Shown here: in pieces, positions 19,631 to 27,930 of the stretch
Layout: each line of letters begins with the position of its first letter
Position numbering within the stretch: the stretch's first letter is position 1
Source of the DNA: Coprobacillaceae bacterium
GTDB lineage: Bacteria; Bacillota_I; Bacilli_A; Erysipelotrichales; Coprobacillaceae
Length of the DNA: 32,000 nt
Assembly: GCA_963675515.1 (NCBI GenBank)
Contig: OY776328.1
Location: 540,001-572,000 of the forward strand
Direction of reading: 5' to 3'
The notes under the pieces: model-generated
What the model was told of the DNA's origin: nothing
What the model saw: the letters and a program-made list of their open reading frames with translations, nothing else
Database searches by the model: none
Program-made: the position numbers and the translations under genes

Positions 19631-19658
19631 GAAAAAAAGAAGTCTTCGCAAAAGACTC
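19631..19658 (-). terminator. Rho-independent terminator of the hydrolase gene
   Basis: Minus strand reads AGTCTT-ttgcg-AAGACT followed by TCTTTTTTT, immediately after the TAG stop. Confidence 0.6.
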
Positions 19659-20918
19659 CTATTGATTGGATAATTGTCTAGCAATCCATGACCACGAATC
19701 CTCGCCGGTCAGATCGTCGGTTGCCTCATTGTTATCGAAATGGATCCATGACCAGTGTCCATTGTACTTGTGCGGTCCGCCATTGTGGTCCCTGTACCTG
19801 CCGGAAGTGTCGAACACGGAATCGGTAGTGGCGACAGCCAGGGAAGTGGCCCCGGCTTTTTTAAGGCGCTGTATTATCGGCGCTTCATTCAACAAGGGAT
19901 CGACGATTGGATCGTCATTTGAATAAATGAAGTACAATGGCTGATCCTTCAACCGGGCGATATCATCGTTGGTCATCCAGGTGTTTTTCAAGGCGGCGCA
20001 GATGGCCACCCCGGCTTTGTAGTGACCGGGATAGGTCTTCATCATTTCCAATACCATGTATCCACCATTGGAGCAGCCGGTCAGGACGACTTTTTTAGCC
20101 CCGTATTTATTCTTGCAATGGTCGATTAGCTCCTTGAGGCTACTGGTGTAGACGCTTTTGCCATCTTTCGTGTACAAGCCGCTGCCATCATCCATCCACA
20201 TGGTCGGACATTGGGGAACGAGAATCAAGGCATTGTTGACTGCGCTTTGGAAATCCGGACCGGCCAGTGCCGCAGCCTTGTTGGACAGCAACGGTATGAA
20301 AACGTCTGATCCAATTGTGCAACCTTCCCCCATGCCGTGGAGCCATACGACCATTGAGTCCGACCTGGTCTCCGGTTCATAAATGACATACTCATATTCT
20401 TTGCCCGATTCTGTTTGGAAACTTGAGGCATTGAACATGTCCGCTGATGTTGTGAATCCGGTGGCCTGAACCGCTATTTCCAGGGATGTGATTCTTTCAC
20501 CGGATGATTTGACCGATGCCGCCGGCTCAAGAAAGAATTCCAGGAAATAGGGATTGGACCAGGTGTTTTTCTGCGTCTCCATAGAAAAAAGCAGGGGCGA
20601 ACCCTCTTTTGGGGAGACTTCAAGATCCACTGCGACATGATTCGAACAACCGTCGACCATGTTGCCCGAACTGTCACAAAGATGGATGTCGAGCACCTTG
20701 CGCGGGAATTTTCTGACCACCACCGGGAAGCTGGCATCATTCCAGTCGGTCGCCTGCCTGGTTTCGATTACGGTGATGTCTGACGCCTTGATGCTGTCGA
20801 TTGGTCTTTCAAGTTTCAAAACGGCCTTGCCGACCCCCGCGCCCCAGTCATGGCCGGTGACGAAGTAGCTGTAGGTACCGGTGATTGTTGAGTTCGCTTT
20901 GTTGTTCGTTTTTGTCAT
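19659..20918 (-). CDS. Alpha/beta-hydrolase-fold serine hydrolase (putative esterase/peptidase) with an extra N-terminal domain
   Basis: AAAAAGGAG SD. C-terminal half has VVWLHGMGEG and the nucleophile elbow G-x-S-x-G (GCSNGG), then SNDDPIV and a late His. The N-terminal 180 aa or so is beta-rich and unassigned. No signal peptide. Confidence 0.7.
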   Translation of the reverse strand: MTKTNNKANSTITGTYSYFVTGHDWGAGVGKAVLKLERPIDSIKASDITVIETRQATDWNDASFPVVVRKFPRKVLDIHLCDSSGNMVDGCSNHVAVDLEVSPKEGSPLLFSMETQKNTWSNPYFLEFFLEPAASVKSSGERITSLEIAVQATGFTTSADMFNASSFQTESGKEYEYVIYEPETRSDSMVVWLHGMGEGCTIGSDVFIPLLSNKAAALAGPDFQSAVNNALILVPQCPTMWMDDGSGLYTKDGKSVYTSSLKELIDHCKNKYGAKKVVLTGCSNGGYMVLEMMKTYPGHYKAGVAICAALKNTWMTNDDIARLKDQPLYFIYSNDDPIVDPLLNEAPIIQRLKKAGATSLAVATTDSVFDTSGRYRDHNGGPHKYNGHWSWIHFDNNEATDDLTGEDSWSWIARQLSNQ

Positions 20919-20991
20919 ATTGGTCTCCTTTTTGGCTGATGGTTAAATTATATTGCATCTTCAAAGGGAAGTAATTCCAAAATGTGACTGA

Positions 20992-21831
20992 TTACAGGGT
21001 TGCGACGAACTTCTCCTTGTAGGCCGAAGGCTTGATCGAGTAGCGCTCCTTGAAGATCCGGTCAAATGATTTGTAGTCGCTGAATCCGTTTTTCAGGGCG
21101 ATCTGGGTTATGTTGAGGTCGCTGGATTGCAGGTCGATAACGGCGCTTTCCAGGCGCTGGGAATCGATGTACTGCTTCAATGTAAGTCCGGTCCCTTCCT
21201 TGAACAGTCGCGCCAGGTAGCCATACGAAAGGTTGAATTCATCGGCGATGAACCGGGGTGATATCTTGTCGGCGAAGTTGATGTCGATGTAATTGATGAT
21301 GTCGGCGATCACCTGGGAGTTCTTGGATGAACGGGGGCTTTTGTCCTTGTCGATTGTGGCCATGTGACTGAGCATCTCGCCAATCAGGATGGTCGCGTAG
21401 CCGTTGGCGATGATGTTCGAGAATTCCTGTCTGGTGACCTTTACCAGGGAGTCGAGCAGGCTGATTATTTTCTGTTTGACCTCTTGTGAAAGATCGTTAG
21501 TGAAGGTGACATTGTCTATCTGGGGATAGAGCAGTTGAGCGAACTTGTAGTCAATCTGGATCGCATAGCCCTGGTATTCCCTGGGACCTTTATTGATGAA
21601 GGTGTGGATCGAGCGCGAATTGATCACGTGGATGTCATTTGGCCCAATCTCGACCAGGTTGCCGTTTTCCCACAGCTGCGATCCGCCTTTGAGGGGGTAG
21701 ATGACCTCGAGCGAGCGGTGCCAATGCTTGGGAATCTTGTCGGGACGCTCTCCGGTTTTGATGTCGAAATAGATGATTTTCACATATTGGTGGGGGTTGC
21801 GGGATATTTTTTCATAAATGATATTGTCCAT
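20992..21831 (-). CDS. AraC-family transcriptional regulator (cupin sensor plus AraC HTH)
   Basis: AAGGAG SD before the ATG at 21831; the ORF-track start at 21885 has none. N-terminal cupin-like part (HWHRSLEVIYPLKG). C-terminal double HTH (ADEFNLSYGYLARLFKEGTGLTLKQYI ... IALKNGFSDYKSFDRIFKERYSIKPSAY). Confidence 0.88.
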   Translation of the reverse strand: MDNIIYEKISRNPHQYVKIIYFDIKTGERPDKIPKHWHRSLEVIYPLKGGSQLWENGNLVEIGPNDIHVINSRSIHTFINKGPREYQGYAIQIDYKFAQLLYPQIDNVTFTNDLSQEVKQKIISLLDSLVKVTRQEFSNIIANGYATILIGEMLSHMATIDKDKSPRSSKNSQVIADIINYIDINFADKISPRFIADEFNLSYGYLARLFKEGTGLTLKQYIDSQRLESAVIDLQSSDLNITQIALKNGFSDYKSFDRIFKERYSIKPSAYKEKFVATL

Positions 21832-22066
21832 GTTCTTTCTCCTTGTACTATATGATATCAAATTTGAACGTTTTTGAAAACGCAACCAGCGGATTTTATC
21901 GATTTGAAAAAAGACATGTGATCGATCGGGAAACCTTATCTCCTGATATTGAGTGAAATCCAGGGGATTTGGGAAATATTTGATAAAAAGCTAGAAGATA
22001 AAATCTAATCCGTGTATAATTGTTACCGTGTAGTCCGCTACAAATATCCAATTTACAGGAGTTATT

Positions 22067-23041
22067 ATGGCAAAAGCTTTGTTTGTAACAACCAAGAATC
22101 TTGACTATCTGCGAAATGTCCAGGAAATAGACCTGCTCAAAGAGAAATACGCCCAGGTCGATGTGGTCGGTTCTTCTAAAAATAAATACTGGAAGAGACT
22201 TATAACCGTCTATATCAAACTGCTGGCTATCGATGCGTCGGACTATGAGGAAGTGTTTGTCGGTTTCGCGCCGCAACTGATTCTTCCGTTCTTTCATAAA
22301 TTCAAAGACAACAAGCTCACAATCGATTTTTTCATATCGGTCTATGACACCCTGGTGCATGACCGCAGGAAATTCAGGGACAACGGCCTTGCAAGCAGAT
22401 TGTTTCACTGGATTGACAGAAAGACGCTGATGGCCCCGGACAGGATAATCTGCGATACCAATGCCCATGGCGACTTTTTCTCGAAAGAGTTCCAGGTGCC
22501 CCGGGACAGGATCGAAACGCTTTATCTAAGCGCGGACACTTCGATCTTCTATCCGGATCCGGACATTCAAATGAATCAAAAATTCACGGTCTTGTATTTC
22601 GGTTCGATCCTGCCGCTCCAGGGAGTCGAGGTCATTCTCGAGGCGGCAATGATGTTCGAAAATGACGAAGAAATCCAATTCGTGATCATCGGACCATTGA
22701 AGGAAGGGGCGTCCAAACCGATCCAGGGCAATATCGTCTACCACAGCTGGCTGGACCAGAGAACCCTGGCACGCGAAATAAACAAGTGCCATCTCACCTT
22801 GGCGGGACACTTCAACACCTCTGTTGACAAGGCCAAAAGGACCATTCCTGGCAAGGCGTACATCTACCGGGCCTGCGACAAGCCGATGATTTTGGGTGAC
22901 AATCCCGCAACAAGGGAACTTTACCACGAAGGTGATCCGGGCATCTATTTTTGCGAAATGTCCAACCCCAAAGCCTTGGCCGACTTGATCAAGGAAATCA
23001 AAGATGCATATTACAAGGATAAGGGTGAGAGCCATGATTAA
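22067..23041 (+). CDS. GT-B fold glycosyltransferase (GT4/group-1-like)
   Basis: AGGAG SD. C-terminal Rossmann half with FTVLYFGSILPLQGVEVILEAA ... FVIIGPL ... PGKAYIYRACDKPMILGD, typical of group-1 glycosyltransferases. Confidence 0.75.
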   Translation: MAKALFVTTKNLDYLRNVQEIDLLKEKYAQVDVVGSSKNKYWKRLITVYIKLLAIDASDYEEVFVGFAPQLILPFFHKFKDNKLTIDFFISVYDTLVHDRRKFRDNGLASRLFHWIDRKTLMAPDRIICDTNAHGDFFSKEFQVPRDRIETLYLSADTSIFYPDPDIQMNQKFTVLYFGSILPLQGVEVILEAAMMFENDEEIQFVIIGPLKEGASKPIQGNIVYHSWLDQRTLAREINKCHLTLAGHFNTSVDKAKRTIPGKAYIYRACDKPMILGDNPATRELYHEGDPGIYFCEMSNPKALADLIKEIKDAYYKDKGESHD

Positions 23042-24302
23042 GGATTTCATCCTGAACTCAAGGAACGTCAAGAGGGATTCTTTCATCTTCAATACGATTG
23101 GCGCAATTGAGAATTCTTTCCAGACGATGGTGCTGCTTCTTGTCATCACCCGCCTGGGTCAAATCGAAGATTCGTCAATATTCGTCATCGCCTATGCGGT
23201 GGGAAACCTGGTCATGACCATCGGCAAATATGGCACAAGGAACTTCCAGGTGACTGATATCGATGAGCAGTACGGCTTTTTTGAATACATTCTGGCCCGG
23301 GGGGCCACAACCATCCTGCTGTTTCTGGCGGTGGCAATCTACCTGGTCAAAGGGATCGCGCTCGACGGGGCGACCCTTTACAAGACGGGCTGTGTCTTTC
23401 TTGTATGCGTGGCCAAGGCCGTGGATTCCTTCGAGGATGTGTTCCATGGCCGCCTGCAACAGCTGGGCCGCCTGGATATCGCGGCGAAAATCCTGGCAAT
23501 CCGCTACTTTATCTTCATCGTCATTTTTGCGGTTTTGTATGTGATGGTGGCAAACCTGATGGTTGTCCTTGTTGTTGCGAATATCGTCAATATCTTCCTG
23601 TTTGGATATCTCAACCTGGTTGCCGGGGATTGTTACCGGTTCAAACGGCAAAGAAAACCCGGCAAGGTCGTTGCAATGTTGAAGGAAGTGTTTCCTCTGG
23701 CTTTGGGGATGACTCTGATCATGTATCTGGGCAATGCACCCAAATACACGATTGACGGATATTTCACCGATCTTGAGCAGACATCCTTCAACATCATCTA
23801 TATGCCGGTCTTTATCATCGGACTTTTATCGTCATTCATTTTTTCTCCGCTGATGAAATCAATGGCGGAAGCGTGGGCGAGCCGGGAACTGAAGAAATTC
23901 CAGGCGATAGTCAGACGCCAGGTCGGCCTGATTGTCTTTTTCACCCTTGGCGCCATTGGCGGAGGCTATGTGATCGGGTTGAAGTTGCTGGAATTGGTTT
24001 ATGGAGTATCTTTGCAAGGGGAAATGTTCAATCTGGTCTTGCTGCTTGTATGCGGGGGACTGATCGCTTTGATGACGTTCTATATCGCGCTTTACACGAT
24101 CTGGCGCCAACAGAAAATTGTGTTGGTCATCCTGGCTTTGGCGAGTGCCTTCTATTTTATAGGGGCTAACACTATCCTGGTCAACCATGCCACAACCGGT
24201 CTGATTCTGTTCTACCTGGCGGGGCTGATGGTAAGCGATATTTGTCTTATCATCTATGGTGAGTGGATTGTAAAAAATAAGAAAACAAATATTGGAGGCT
24301 GA
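23034..24302 (+). CDS. Polysaccharide flippase-like (Wzx/MOP superfamily) membrane protein
   Basis: The ATG at 23034 overlaps the glycosyltransferase stop (ATGATTAA). About 12-14 TM segments. Its position between a GT and the rml genes fits a flippase, but the assignment is by topology and context only. Confidence 0.6.
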   Translation: MIKDFILNSRNVKRDSFIFNTIGAIENSFQTMVLLLVITRLGQIEDSSIFVIAYAVGNLVMTIGKYGTRNFQVTDIDEQYGFFEYILARGATTILLFLAVAIYLVKGIALDGATLYKTGCVFLVCVAKAVDSFEDVFHGRLQQLGRLDIAAKILAIRYFIFIVIFAVLYVMVANLMVVLVVANIVNIFLFGYLNLVAGDCYRFKRQRKPGKVVAMLKEVFPLALGMTLIMYLGNAPKYTIDGYFTDLEQTSFNIIYMPVFIIGLLSSFIFSPLMKSMAEAWASRELKKFQAIVRRQVGLIVFFTLGAIGGGYVIGLKLLELVYGVSLQGEMFNLVLLLVCGGLIALMTFYIALYTIWRQQKIVLVILALASAFYFIGANTILVNHATTGLILFYLAGLMVSDICLIIYGEWIVKNKKTNIGG

Positions 24303-24304
24303 AT

Positions 24305-25183
24305 ATGAAAGGGATTATTTTAGCAGGGGGCAGCGGGACAAGACTGTACCCGCTGACACAAGTTACAAGCAAGCAGTTGCTGCCGGTTTATGACAAACCG
24401 ATGATATATTATCCCCTAAGCATCCTGATGGATGCGGGGATAAGGGAGATACTGATCATCTCGACACCCGAAGACACACCAAGATTCCAGAATCTTCTTG
24501 GCGATGGCAGCCAGTTTGGAATCGAGCTGTCATACAAGGTCCAACCTAGTCCTGACGGCTTGGCCCAGGCATTCATTCTCGGTGAAGAGTTCATCGATGG
24601 CGAAGCCTGCGCGATGATTCTAGGGGACAATATCTTCAACGGCCACGGTTTGGTCAAATGCCTAAAAGCCGCGGCAAGCAAGAAAGAAGGGGCGACGGTA
24701 TTTGGATACTATGTCGATGACCCGGAACGTTTCGGTGTAGTGGAATTCAACGACGCAAAACACGCGGTGTCGATTGAGGAAAAACCGGCCCAACCAAAAT
24801 CGAACTATGCGGTCACCGGCCTGTACTTCTATGACGACAAGGTCGTGGAATATGCCAAGGCAATCAAACCTTCACCTAGGGGCGAGCTGGAAATCACCGA
24901 TTTGAACAAGATTTATCTTGAAAAAGGGAAATTGGATGTCGAACTTCTTGGAAAAGGGTTCACCTGGCTTGACACCGGAACCCATGAATCGCTCGTGGAG
25001 GCGACCAACTTCGTCTATACGATGGAAAAACACTCGAACCACAAGATCGCCTGTCTTGAGGAAATCGCCTATCTCAATGGCTGGATCGATGAAAGCAAGA
25101 TGAAAGAGGCAATCGAATTGTACAAGAAAAACCAGTACGGGGCATACCTGCAGGATGTCCTTGATGGCAAGTATATAGTTTAG
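24305..25183 (+). CDS. rmlA: Glucose-1-phosphate thymidylyltransferase
   Basis: [25 protein letters not shown]...[18 protein letters not shown] is the canonical RmlA N-terminus. 292 aa. Confidence 0.95.
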   Translation: MKGIILAGGSGTRLYPLTQVTSKQLLPVYDKPMIYYPLSILMDAGIREILIISTPEDTPRFQNLLGDGSQFGIELSYKVQPSPDGLAQAFILGEEFIDGEACAMILGDNIFNGHGLVKCLKAAASKKEGATVFGYYVDDPERFGVVEFNDAKHAVSIEEKPAQPKSNYAVTGLYFYDDKVVEYAKAIKPSPRGELEITDLNKIYLEKGKLDVELLGKGFTWLDTGTHESLVEATNFVYTMEKHSNHKIACLEEIAYLNGWIDESKMKEAIELYKKNQYGAYLQDVLDGKYIV

Positions 25184-25192
25184 GAGTCAAGA

Positions 25193-25771
25193 ATGAAGAA
25201 AATTGAAACGAAAATTCCGGGACTGGTCATAATCGAACCGGATGTCCATGGCGACCATCGCGGCTATTTCATGGAGACATACAATCAGGCCAAGTTCCAG
25301 ACGCTGGGAATCGACAATGTCTTTGTCCAGGACAACATGTCTTTCAGTGCCGCCAAAGGGACGCTGCGGGGCATCCATTTCCAAAACGATCCCATGGCCC
25401 AGGCCAAACTGGTTTCATGCACCAGGGGAAGTGTGATCGATGTGGCGGTCGACCTGCGCAAGGGATCACCGACCTACAAGCAGTGGGTGGCAGTGGAATT
25501 GTCACAGGAAAACAAGAAGTTCCTGTTCATCCCGAGGGGATTCGGGCATGGCTTTTTGACCATCACCGACGATGTCGAGTTCCGCTACAAGGTCGACAAC
25601 CTCTATTCAGGTGAGCATGACCGGGGGATCCGCTATGACGACCCGGAAATAAATGTCGATTGGGGCGGCCTGCTTGGCGACATCGAACCGATTCTTTCAG
25701 CCAAAGACAAAGAGGGGCCGACTCTTAGCGAGTCGGACTGCAATTTCACATATCAAGGAGAAGCGAAATGA
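25193..25771 (+). CDS. rmlC: dTDP-4-dehydrorhamnose 3,5-epimerase
   Basis: AGGAG SD. DHRGYFMETY, LRGIHFQ, AKLVSCTRGSVIDVAVDLRKGSPTY and PRGFGHGF blocks of RmlC cupins. Confidence 0.93.
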   Translation: MKKIETKIPGLVIIEPDVHGDHRGYFMETYNQAKFQTLGIDNVFVQDNMSFSAAKGTLRGIHFQNDPMAQAKLVSCTRGSVIDVAVDLRKGSPTYKQWVAVELSQENKKFLFIPRGFGHGFLTITDDVEFRYKVDNLYSGEHDRGIRYDDPEINVDWGGLLGDIEPILSAKDKEGPTLSESDCNFTYQGEAK

Positions 25772-26790
25772 AAATATTAGTAACCGGGGGAGCCGGATTC
25801 ATCGGCGGAAACTTCGTCCATTACATGGTGGAAAAATACCCAGAAGATATGATCGTCAATCTGGACCTGCTCACATATGCAGGTAACCTGGAAACATGCA
25901 AGAAGGTTGAAGATCAGCCCAACTACAAATTCGTCAGAGGTGACATTGCCGATCGCAAGTTCATCTTCGACCTGTTCGAGAAGGAAAAGTTCGATGTGGT
26001 TGTCAACTTCGCGGCCGAATCGCATGTCGACCGTTCGATCGAGGATCCGGAAATCTTCGTCAAGACCAACGTCATGGGAACGACAACCCTGCTTGATGCC
26101 TGCAACAAGTATGGCATCAAACGCTACCACCAGGTGTCGACCGACGAGGTTTACGGCGATCTGCCGCTTGACCGTCCGGACCTTTTCTTCACCGAACAGA
26201 CTCCGCTGCACACGTCAAGTCCATACTCGAGCTCGAAAGCGAGCGCCGACCTGTTCGTGCTGGCATACCACCGCACCTATGGACTGCCGGTGACCATTTC
26301 CCGCTGTTCGAACAACTACGGACCTTACCATTTTCCAGAAAAGCTGATTCCGCTGATGATATCAAGAGCGCTAAACGACGAACCTTTGCCGGTCTATGGC
26401 AAAGGGGACAATGTGCGCGACTGGCTCCATGTCTATGACCACTGCGTGGCAATCGACCTGATCGTGCGCAACGGCAAAGTCGGGGAAGTGTACAATGTCG
26501 GAGGCCACAACGAACGGACCAACCTCGAGGTGGTCAAGACCATCTTGAAACAGCTGGACAAGCCTGAAAGCCTGATCCAGTTCGTCGAAGACCGCAAAGG
26601 CCATGACCGCCGCTACGCGATCGATCCGGCCAAACTCGAAAACGAGCTTGGGTGGGTGCCGACCTACAATTTCGACACCGGGATCAAGCAGACGATCCAG
26701 TGGTATCTTGACAACAAGGAATGGTGGCAACACATCATCTCCGGCGAATACCAGAATTATTTTGCCGATATGTACGGCAAGAGGCTGTAA
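25768..26790 (+). CDS. rmlB: dTDP-glucose 4,6-dehydratase
   Basis: ATGA start/stop overlap with rmlC. ILVTGGAGFIGGNF, VSTDEVYG, SPYSSSKASADL (YxxxK) and RCSNNYGPYHFPEKLIP motifs. Confidence 0.95.
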   Translation: MKILVTGGAGFIGGNFVHYMVEKYPEDMIVNLDLLTYAGNLETCKKVEDQPNYKFVRGDIADRKFIFDLFEKEKFDVVVNFAAESHVDRSIEDPEIFVKTNVMGTTTLLDACNKYGIKRYHQVSTDEVYGDLPLDRPDLFFTEQTPLHTSSPYSSSKASADLFVLAYHRTYGLPVTISRCSNNYGPYHFPEKLIPLMISRALNDEPLPVYGKGDNVRDWLHVYDHCVAIDLIVRNGKVGEVYNVGGHNERTNLEVVKTILKQLDKPESLIQFVEDRKGHDRRYAIDPAKLENELGWVPTYNFDTGIKQTIQWYLDNKEWWQHIISGEYQNYFADMYGKRL

Positions 26791-27638
26791 TGATGAAGGT
26801 TCTGGTAACCGGAGTCAAGGGCCAGCTGGGATTCGATATCGTCAAGGCCTGCCAGGAGGCAAACATCGAAGCCATCGGGGTCGACATCGAACAAATGGAC
26901 ATCACCGACTATGAAGCGGTATGCAAGGTCATCAAGAAAAGCGAAGTCGACGCAGTGATCCACTGTTCCGCCTATACGGCGGTGGACAAGGCGGAAGAAG
27001 ACGTTGATACATGCAACAGGGTCAATATCGAGGGGACCCGCAACATCGCACTGGTGTGTCAGGAACTGAATCTCAAAATGATGTACTTCTCGACCGACTA
27101 TGTCTTCGATGGCCAGGGGCAAAGACCATGGCAGGTCGACGACGCAGCGAGTCCGATCAATGTGTATGGTCAAAGCAAGTATCTCGGGGAGCAGGAAGTG
27201 AGAAATCTGATTGAAAAACACTTCATTATCCGCATCTCCTGGGTGTTTGGCATCAACGGCAACAACTTCGTCAAGACGATGCTGCGCCTTGGCGATGACA
27301 GGGATGAAATCAATGTGGTCGACGACCAGTTCGGGGCTCCCACCTACACTTATGACCTGGCCCGGCTGGCAGTGGACATGATCCAAAGCGACAAGTACGG
27401 AACCTACCACGCCACCAACGAAGGCGACATTTCATGGTATGAATTCGCCAAGGAAATATTCGCTCAGGCGGGAGTTGAGGTGAAAGTCAATCCGGTTTCA
27501 TCGACCCAGTTCAAAAGCGCTGCCAAACGTCCTTCAAACAGCCGGATGGACAAATCCCGGCTTGACCAGGCCGGTTTCAAGCGATTGCCAAGCTGGCAGG
27601 ATGCTTTGAAACGCTACCTGATCGAACTGCAAAAATAG
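26790..27638 (+). CDS. rmlD: dTDP-4-dehydrorhamnose reductase
   Basis: TAATG overlap with rmlB; the ATG at 26790 is preferred to the ORF-track start at 26721. KVLVTGVKGQLG, STDYVFDG, NVYGQSKYLGE (YxxxK) motifs. Confidence 0.92.
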   Translation: MMKVLVTGVKGQLGFDIVKACQEANIEAIGVDIEQMDITDYEAVCKVIKKSEVDAVIHCSAYTAVDKAEEDVDTCNRVNIEGTRNIALVCQELNLKMMYFSTDYVFDGQGQRPWQVDDAASPINVYGQSKYLGEQEVRNLIEKHFIIRISWVFGINGNNFVKTMLRLGDDRDEINVVDDQFGAPTYTYDLARLAVDMIQSDKYGTYHATNEGDISWYEFAKEIFAQAGVEVKVNPVSSTQFKSAAKRPSNSRMDKSRLDQAGFKRLPSWQDALKRYLIELQK

Positions 27639-27691
27639 ACGATAAGCAATATGGATAATATGTGAAATGCCCCACAATTCCAAAAGGGCAA

Positions 27692-27718
27692 AAAAAGGGC
27701 TTAACAAGCCCTTTTTTG
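27692..27718 (+). terminator. Rho-independent terminator closing the GT-flippase-rmlACBD operon
   Basis: AAAAAGGGCTT-aac-AAGCCCTTTTTT strong stem with T-run. Confidence 0.8.
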
Positions 27719-27865
27719 TTAAACAAGATAATTATTTTTTGATGGACAACAAGGTGCAATTGCGGTAATATTGTTGTTGTGATTTTTTTGGCGAATATTA
27801 GGGATAATAGGGACAAAAACAGCCGAATCCAGCGGCCGAATGCCGGCATGGATAATCGGGAATTG

Positions 27866-27894
27866 TTCAAAAATACATTTATTTATGATATACT
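27866..27894 (+). promoter_or_regulatory. Candidate sigma-A promoter (extended -10) of the GDP-sugar operon
   Basis: TTCAAA (27866-27871), 17-nt spacer ending in TGa, TATACT (27889-27894). It lies 37 nt upstream of the manC ATG. Confidence 0.5.
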
Positions 27895-27930
27895 GGAAAT
27901 AACAGTGAATAGGAAAAATGGAGGAATTAT

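Noticed and set aside
21896-22468. A 190-aa minus-strand ORF spanning the AraC/GT intergenic region and the 5' part of the glycosyltransferase gene.
   Set aside because: It overlaps a well-supported plus-strand CDS (SD plus GT-B motifs) and the promoter region. It has no SD and no family resemblance.
26757-27410. Long antisense ORFs inside rmlD. The same pattern occurs at 22526-23149, 29667-30221, 5161-5646, 1515-1898 and 753-1043.
   Set aside because: All lie opposite genes with unmistakable family motifs. Long antisense frames are expected in moderately GC-rich coding DNA, and none has a start context or recognisable domain.
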